Of a stretch of DNA of 64,000 nt, positions 53,654 through 64,000 are shown in pieces. A program made the translations under genes and the position numbers. The notes beneath the pieces were generated by a model. It worked only from the letters and a program-made list of their open reading frames with translations, was not told where the DNA came from and did not search any database. Numbering within the stretch: position 1 is the stretch's first letter; every line of letters starts with the position of its first letter. Source of the stretch: Blastocystis sp. Blastoise (taxonomy: Eukaryota; Protista; Bigyra: Opalinata); assembly GCA_039096225.1 (NCBI GenBank), contig JBBPEB010000017.1, positions 186,001 through 250,000 on the forward strand. The letters run 5' to 3'.

Positions 53654-54715
53654 TACATATTACTAATATATTACAATATTTACTATCATAACATTTTGAA
53701 AAATTATATATTAATAAATACAATAACATATAATAATAATAAAATAATATATATATATACAATAGATCCAAATATAAAAGTAGGTTTTGTGACGCACAGA
53801 ACGCCTACAAACGTCAATAACGTACAGAGTGCGTCAATCCAATGCCATTTCTCTCCTACTAAACATATAGCAAACAACGCCGTGAATACAGGACTTGTAA
53901 ATACAAGTGTATTTGCATCTCCTATTGGCATCTATATATATATAAACATTATATATATATATATATATAATATTAATAATAACATTATAATCATTTTGAA
54001 TGCTACGAACAATATATAATTATCATCATCATTATAATAATAGAATAACATATATATATATAAATACTAAAAATATATAAAAAACGAATGAAATTGAACA
54101 ATACTATAATAAATCTATAACAATAACTATATACATGAGCAACAGCATAAAAGAAACACAAATTTGCGCATCCACCAATAAAACCTCTTAAAAATAACCA
54201 AATACGTTTTTCTTTAGGACCAAGAATATTATGTTTTCCAATAACAGTTTGACTGATAGCAACAATTGTCTGTAAAATACCTCTCCAAAAAGTAGATCCA
54301 GCAGAACATAATCCCATAGTAGCTGCAATATTAACGCAAACAGTCATCCAGCTATTGTTTGAAAAAATATAATAAAATAGCAAATGATATTATTTTAAAT
54401 ATAAACACGATTATTAAAGAATGGTAATTAAAAATACATTTCTTGATAAATATATAAATACCTTGTGAAGAAAGAAGCTGAAGCCATAAGACCCATTCCA
54501 ATTACAGTGTCCTTGGAGTTAGTTACAGTTTTACGTGCTTGATTAAGTGCTTCTTCTGAAACAGATGTAGTTGAAACCATCTTTGAACTCTCAATTACAA
54601 CTCCTTCTGTGTTTTTATTTTCTGTTGTAGGTAATTCAATGGAAGCTGCAACCTTTGTCGCTGTGGATGTCGAAAGGTCTGGTGTCATTTGATTATCTAA
54701 AAGAGAAGAATTCAT
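52318..54715 (-). CDS. EamA/DMT-family (SLC35G-like) membrane transporter, 8 exons
   Basis: LFLRGFIGGCANLCFFYAVAHMPIGDANTLVFTSPVFTALFAICLVGEK, GVLCVTKP, LGYLAQVALNRGLQIGAAGPVS; splices in frame to TAA at 52318. Confidence 0.9.
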
Positions 54716-55395
54716 AAAGTATGATACATATAATAACTTTTATATATTTACATTAATATTCCTAAAAAGAATGGAAAAAAGTCTAAAATGAATTATTATA
54801 AAAAAAGCTAAATTGAAAAATGTATGGTAACATCATTTTCAGCCCTAAAGAGAACTTTTCTTAAGGGCTCATATAAATGCTGAAAACAGCTGAGAATAAA
54901 CAAGTAAATCACCACCATTTGTGTTCTTTAAAGAAAAGCAATTGGGTTTTAAACGGCTACAAGAATCATGAGCAAATGAAATGAATCATGAATGAAAAAA
55001 AAAGATGATTTTCATTTAAAAATTGAAAAATCAAAATTATGAGTTATAGTATAATTTTTTTACTTTTGTTCATATTTACAAATTGTAAAGTAATGTATAT
55101 TGTTTTTATCATTTGAGAAAAGTCAATAATAATGAATAATAACGTTTAAAGTAGAAAAAAAATAATTGAGAAAAAGTGGAATTGATTCATTTGGAGAGAA
55201 ATGAGAATAATATTTGATATCGATTATGTTTAGTTGATAAAGAGTACGATAGCATACATAATATTGTGTTTCATAATTAAAAATCTAGATAATAAAAATA
55301 ACAAAAAATAATACTAAATAAGTATATTTCAAAGGATAATAAATTCCATTCTATCCAAAGATATAAATATATAATTTCAAAAATAAGAATTGAAT

Positions 55396-57994
<2,599 letters not shown>

Positions 57995-58632
57995 CACTAT
58001 AAGAACAAAAGAACAAAAAAATCTAAATGAAATAAAATGTACATTTTCCCTTAAAGAACAAAAAAAAAGAGAATCATAGATTTAAAGTTTCCCTTTTCTT
58101 CATAACATGAAAGAGAAATGAATACTACTTATAATGAATAATATGTTATAGTTTCTATTTGTAAATAGATGGAGTCATACATGTTAGAAATATATGAATC
58201 AAATAATACGTTCATTGAGAATAATTTATTTTAAAAGTTTGTTAGAATTCTTTTTTGTATTTATTAATATGTCTACAATAATTCGCTGTTTTATATACAT
58301 GTGTTTCTTCTCTTAATTAAAGACAATTGAAAATAATTTTGTTAATGACTTTCAAGAAATGTGGTTATTCATTTTAGTGTTGTTCTATGAATCCTATATG
58401 TTATTCAGTCATGTATTCAATTTTGTTAAAAAGGTATAATTTATGAGGGTCAACATTTTTTACATACTTAAATAAGTATGTATTATGGTTATTAATGCAT
58501 AGGTAAATCATAAAAATACGTATTTATTGAAAATTGTAGGTATAATGAAAAGAAAAGAAAAGAAAAATGTTTTCAAAACACATTTTTTATTTCTTAGATC
58601 TCTTCATTAAGAGTGTATATAAGAAAGAAAAT

Positions 58633-59763
58633 ATGTGTGAGCCAGATTTTTCAGGATGGCTTGTTAAGCGTGGTCATCTAAATAAAGTAAGATAGATCCT
58701 TTTATTCGTGAACTAATCATGTTAGACTTGGAAGCAACGTTTCTTTACTATCAGAGGGAGTCTTCTTTCCTACTATGAGAGTGAAATGTCTGCGGAGCCT
58801 AAAGGATACGTATGACTCTTATTATATTTCAAATTATTTTTGTTTATTCATATAATAGATGCTACTCTATAATGTTGTTATCAATAATATCTACTACGAT
58901 GAATATGCAAGAAATAATTGTTTTTCTGTGACTTCAAATGAGAATTCATTAATTCTTCAAGTATCATAGTTATTTTATGAATTTAATTATCTTCTTTTAT
59001 TTATTTTGTAATCATAATTAATGTCGAGTATATATTTTATATAGGCTGCATCTGAAGATGAAGCAAATATTTGGAAAAGTAAAATTACTAATGTGTCACT
59101 TTCTACAAAAGTCATAAAATCAGGAACTTTTGAAAAACTAAGTAGTGATAATAAAGTATGTTTTATAAAAATTATATTTAAATAATAAATTTCTCTCCTT
59201 TAGTGATTTTTTTTTTGTTGATATATTTAGTTACTTTTTTATTATTAAATATTTATAATTAATTTGTTTTAATTAATATACATGATTTCTTTATAGAAAT
59301 GGGACAAACGTTTCTTTATATTAGTTACACATTTATTAGTATACTTTTCAAAAGAAAATGGAGAAATAAAAGGATATGTATATAGATATATTATTTATTA
59401 TTCTATACTATTATTATTATATATGAATATGTATCCTTTCTATTCATTTATATGTAAATGAATAATATTTAGTATATATATATTATTGTATAGTGTGATT
59501 TGAACTCAAAAACTAAAATAATACAATCAGATAAAAAATCAACTTTTATCGAAAGCTCTCTCTCAGGGAAAAAAATTAATTTTGTTGTAAATAAATATTA
59601 GATTTTCTTTTTTTTTTGCTTAATATATAATTATCGATTTACATTGTTATTATTTATTAATTTAATAGCCTCTCTTTTCCCGCGCTTCTTATGCCGCTAT
59701 TTTAATTGAAAACCAATTACGACAATTATGTGTTCGAGTATTTCATTTATTTATTTATTTATT

Positions 59764-59858
<95 letters not shown>

Positions 59859-60025
59859 GTTTTATGATTATCCTTCGTGTTGTGAATGGTTCACTAGTAT
59901 TAAGCTTGGAACACAATCGATGCCACCCCCACCAGTACCCCCACGTCCCTCTTCTTCAACTTCTGCGAATTCATCACAAAAGAATTTACCTATTAATGTA
60001 TTTATATTATATTAGTATTTTTAAG

Positions 60026-60060
<35 letters not shown>

Positions 60061-60124
60061 CTCTTATAATATAGAAAGCAAGTACTTTATTATCATACAC
60101 ATTTGCCGATGGTATATATATATA

Positions 60125-60158
<34 letters not shown>

Positions 60159-60972
60159 CATCATTATTATTATGCTATTCTATTTAGTATATTTATATTT
60201 ATCATATTTATTATTAAAATATTCTCATTATTATTACAACTTTCTTTTATTTATTCTATATATATTAAGCTTATAATTATAACTCTATAGAGAGTCAAGA
60301 AGTGCAACGATTTGAGGATGTGTCTATACACATGTGCCCTCGTTGTTATAGTAGTGTGTGTCTTGCTAAAGGACATAATTGTACAGGTAACTTTTTTATT
60401 TATATATTATATATTTGTATTCTTGTTACTCTTTTATATATGCACCATAATCATTATGATAATAAATATAATAATATAATAAATAGATTAAATATAATTA
60501 ATATAACAAATATAACAAATATAATAATATAATTAATATTATAATAATATAACAAATAGATTAAAAATAAAAATCTATAAAAAATATAATAACTATAATA
60601 TATACTGTATATATAGCTCATTCTATGTCTCCTGGTTCAGAAGTTCGTGCTACAATAACAGGGACATATTTACCTTCTCAAGGAATACAATTTACGTGGT
60701 TACGAGCTATTCAGGGAACTACTACTTATGTTGAAATACCAAATAGTAATCAACAATCATATATTATACAAAATGATGATAATAATTGTATAATTCGTGT
60801 TCGTGTTCGTGTTCCTTTTAATAATAATAGTATTGTTGAACGAATTTCTGAACCTATTGGACCTGTTCTTGTCTATGAACAACCTGCACAAGTTGTTCCA
60901 GAACCAAAACCAGCTGCTATTCCTTTTCCAAGTTTTTCAGATGGTAGTGATATAGACGAATATGTGAATTAA
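58633..60972 (+). CDS. Tandem PH-domain protein with Pro-rich motif, Cys/His cluster and C-terminal A9/Ig-like domain (11 exons)
   Basis: GWLVKRGHLNKTWKQRFF...LQAASEDEANIW (PH1); GTFEKLSSDNKKWDKRFFIL (PH2); PPPPVPPRP; CPRC..VCLAKGHNC; QFTWLR...IPNSNQQSYIIQNDDNNCIIRVRV...PIGPV. Confidence 0.85.
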
Positions 60973-61220
60973 ACGTTTTTTTATTGTTGTGTAAATTATG
61001 GTTTATTTTTAAATCTTATCATGTATTCTAGCAATCTTTATTTATTATTTATTTAATTCTATCAATTATCTTTTTTATCATTTAATTTCTTTTTTAAATA
61101 TCGTTGTTTAATTTCTATATATTTTTTCATTGAAAAATATATATATACATTATTCTAATAAAAACAAAACAGCTAAAATCTGTAAGTGACAAACCATCCA
61201 TTCACATGGATTAGCAAAAA

Positions 61221-61709
61221 TTACTTCAGCTTCTTCTTAGGACGAAGTTGGCTGCTGTGACCGCACTTCTTCTTACGGCAGTTGTGAGCACGAGGAGGAA
61301 GACGAGCATAACACTTTCTGCAAATCATCTTATCACAGTTGTACTTCTTAGCGAGGACAGCGAGGGTAGGTTCAATGACACCACCACGAAGTCTGAGAAC
61401 AAGATGAAGAGTAGATTCCTTTTGGATATTGTAATCTCCAAGAGTACGGTTATCTTCTAATTGCTTACCAGCGAAGATAAGTCTTTGTTGATCCGGGGGG
61501 ATACCTTCCTTTTCTTGAATCTTACCCTTGACAGTATCGATACTATCAGTGGCTTCGACATCAAGAGTGATGGTCTTCCCGGATATATATGAAAAAATAA
61601 ACAAATTAATCTAAAAAAATGTTAATAAACGAATATATATAATGTATTCACAGCATATATATAATAAGATATATCTATATACGGTAAGAGTCTTAACAAA
61701 TATTTGCAT
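61221..61709 (-). CDS. UBA52: Ubiquitin-60S ribosomal protein L40 (eL40) fusion, 2 exons
   Basis: Exon 1 MQIFVKTLT (61709-61683); exon 2 GKTITL...LRLRGG followed by VIEPTL...[33 protein letters not shown]. Confidence 0.97.
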
Positions 61710-62878
61710 TATAAGTTAATGTAGGGAATGTCACTTCTCTTAACAGAATTATGTAAACATTTGTAAATAATGGTTTTCCAAATTCCCAAGTCGAGAACTC
61801 ATCAGAAAATTCTTGAATTTTCTTTACACTACCCTCGACTTAGTTTGTTCAAAAAGAATCGTTTTCGTGCTGTTTTTTATATACTTATCAAGATTGTTGC
61901 AGATCACTAGGCAACATTGAGAAAAGCAGTATAGAAATTTTGAAAATGATTATCATTAATTTATTCTTTTCTTTCCTTTTTGTCATTCATATGTGAATTT
62001 CATATGTTTTATACTTGGAAGAACATAATACAAATAGAGAGAATGCAAGGTAGCGAAATTTCTTAACACATTTCCTTTATGACTGTCAGTTATTTATTGT
62101 TTTTCGTGAGTAAAAGAATGTTAATAGATCACAAGATGTTTGAGGTTGACTTACAACTAATTTCTACGACCATTGTTGAATGCTAATGTTTTATTTCTTC
62201 AAAATTATTTGTTTCTATTCTCATGTATTCTTCACTAATAATAATATATGACATGATTTTCTAGATCGATTTCATGTATATATATTTCAATAATTGAAAG
62301 TGCGTCGCTAAGACACAAATGAGAGATTAAAGAGCAAATACTTGGCAATAAAAAAATTTCAACAAAATTCTCTTTTATATTTCTATAAAATGATGATTCC
62401 TATAATTGATATTATTCAATAAAAATGAAGAATGAAAAATATAATACAAAAATAACTCTGACTCAAATAGAATTTTGAATCAAAACATGATTCTAGTAAA
62501 GAAAAATGATTGGTTATTTTTAAAACAAAAATGAGAATATGTTCTAAAAACGAGAAACTTTTTGTAGGAGAAATAACTCGCTGAATTCTCGATGAAGAAA
62601 AACAAAATTTCTTTGACAGCAAAAATTCTTGGAAAAAAGTTTAAAAAAAGAAGATTCGAAAAAAATAATCAGGAAAGAAAAGAAAAAGACGATACTCGCG
62701 GTAAATTGCAAAGATTCTTTAATTTGATCTAAAAATTCATGGAAATAAAAGATTCCAAAAAAGAAAAGAAGAATACATTTGTAAACTAACTGAATGACAA
62801 ATAGATGTGTGTTTCTCTTATAAAATAGTTGTTTTTATTTCCTATATAATTATATTATTTGACTTATTCATTGAAAAT

Positions 62879-63202
62879 ATGGAATTCCCTTCTTTTACTG
62901 AAGAAATTAAAACAGGACCTGAAGAATTCAGATCTGAAGATGTTTATACTCACGAACGAAAATGTAGTACTGAAGAACGTCTTCGTAGACCAAGTAGTGA
63001 TTCAAGAGAAAAAGCTTGGGAAATTGGTAGCCCTTGTAGAAAAGGTAGTATTGGAAACTCTGAACGAAAGAATTCCGTAACTCAACCAAGCAATCCTCGC
63101 CTTCCTTCTTTTCCTCCACCAAGTCCTAATCTTGTTGCTTCTCCTTGTATTCACGTTGAATCTGTAAAGGACATTGTTATGCCTAAACCTTTCAAATTAT
63201 AA
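62879..63202 (+). CDS. Small intronless hypothetical protein (107 aa), disordered, rich in R/K-R/K-x-S sites
   Basis: ATG at 62879 after GAAAAT; GC content clearly above the flanks; T/G-rich 3' flank. Confidence 0.7.
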   Translation: MEFPSFTEEIKTGPEEFRSEDVYTHERKCSTEERLRRPSSDSREKAWEIGSPCRKGSIGNSERKNSVTQPSNPRLPSFPPPSPNLVASPCIHVESVKDIVMPKPFKL

Positions 63203-63627
63203 TATTAGAATGAATTTATTTATCTTTCTCCTTTTGTATTTGTTAACTGTTTGTAGTTGTTTGTATTATGGCTGTATCATATTATTATTGCATTTCTGTT
63301 TTATGATGAATATAGTTTTGTTTATAAGAAAATTTTATTTCATATGTGTCTAGAATTCAATAATACGTTTTTTAAAGTTGTTTAGTTCACTAAAATGTAG
63401 GTCATTCCTTTTTTTTTTTTTGTTTTGATCCATATTTCAAATATTGCTTATAAAGAAAATGAAAAAAGAAACAATTGAAATTGACAGAGCATATAATACA
63501 ATTAAATAATATTTATAGTACATCTAAATAATTTATTAAAATGATTTTTCTTTCATTTAAATAAATAGTAGCTGTTACAGAAGAAAAGAATGAAAACTCT
63601 AATATTATTAAAGAATTAATAAAACAA

Positions 63628-63723
63628 TTACTGAAGACCTATCACAAGAACCGTAATATTATCATTAGTATCTCGTTTTATAGCCTCATCAGCTAAACTA
63701 TTCGCAGGATCAAATCCTGATTC
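63628..63723 (-). CDS. Last exon of a PP2C/PPM-family protein phosphatase (gene continues beyond the window)
   Basis: TATAG|ESGFDPANSLADEAIKRDTNDNITVLVIGLQ-TAA; DNITVxV is the PP2C C-terminal metal-binding motif. Confidence 0.8.
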   Translation of the reverse strand, partial: ESGFDPANSLADEAIKRDTNDNITVLVIGLQ

Positions 63724-64000
63724 CTATATATATGTAATATATATATATAGATCATTATTGAATATTATTTATAATTTTTAAAGTTATTTTCATAGAGATA
63801 TAATTAATTATGTATAAAAGTTATTCTAAAAGTATATATAAAATAATAGCATAAAGTTATTTTCATAAAGATATAATTAATTATATATAGAAAATAAATG
63901 ATATAAAATAAATGTTTAAAATAAGCAATATAAAATAAATGATAAAAAATAAATGTTTAAAAAATAAATGTTTAAAAAAATTTCAATATAAAATAAATAA

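Noticed and set aside
61248-61460. 70-aa + strand ORF
   Set aside because: Antisense shadow of ubiquitin-L40.
62859-63122. Overlapping ORFs 62859-63080(+) and 62928-63122(-)
   Set aside because: Alternative frames of the 62879-63202 ORF, with no independent support.

Overview
Very AT-rich, intron-dense eukaryotic (protist-like) genomic DNA; most short ORFs in the track are exon fragments running into GT(AT)n...ATATAG introns. I spliced the genes by eye. Bases 1-45 kb are dominated by a dispersed multigene family (7 copies: 3 complete and intact, 1 running off the 5' edge, 3 broken) with an N-terminal BTB/POZ-like domain and LRR-like repeats, roughly one repeat per phase-1 exon. The same region holds a ~39-exon PA200/Blm10 proteasome activator gene with a single in-frame TAA, an orphan gene ending in YYA, and a BTB-like/TLDc gene with a decayed TLDc exon. 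A 5.45 kb CACTG-ended DNA transposon (19-bp TIRs, CTT target duplication) lies at 46511-51959. Bases 52-64 kb hold housekeeping genes: an EamA/DMT transporter, a beta-hydroxyacid dehydrogenase, a tandem-PH protein, ubiquitin-L40, a small disordered ORF and the last exon of a PP2C. Two of these lack a canonical AG at the expected splice acceptor. A Blastocystis-like stramenopile source is a guess, not shown by the sequence.
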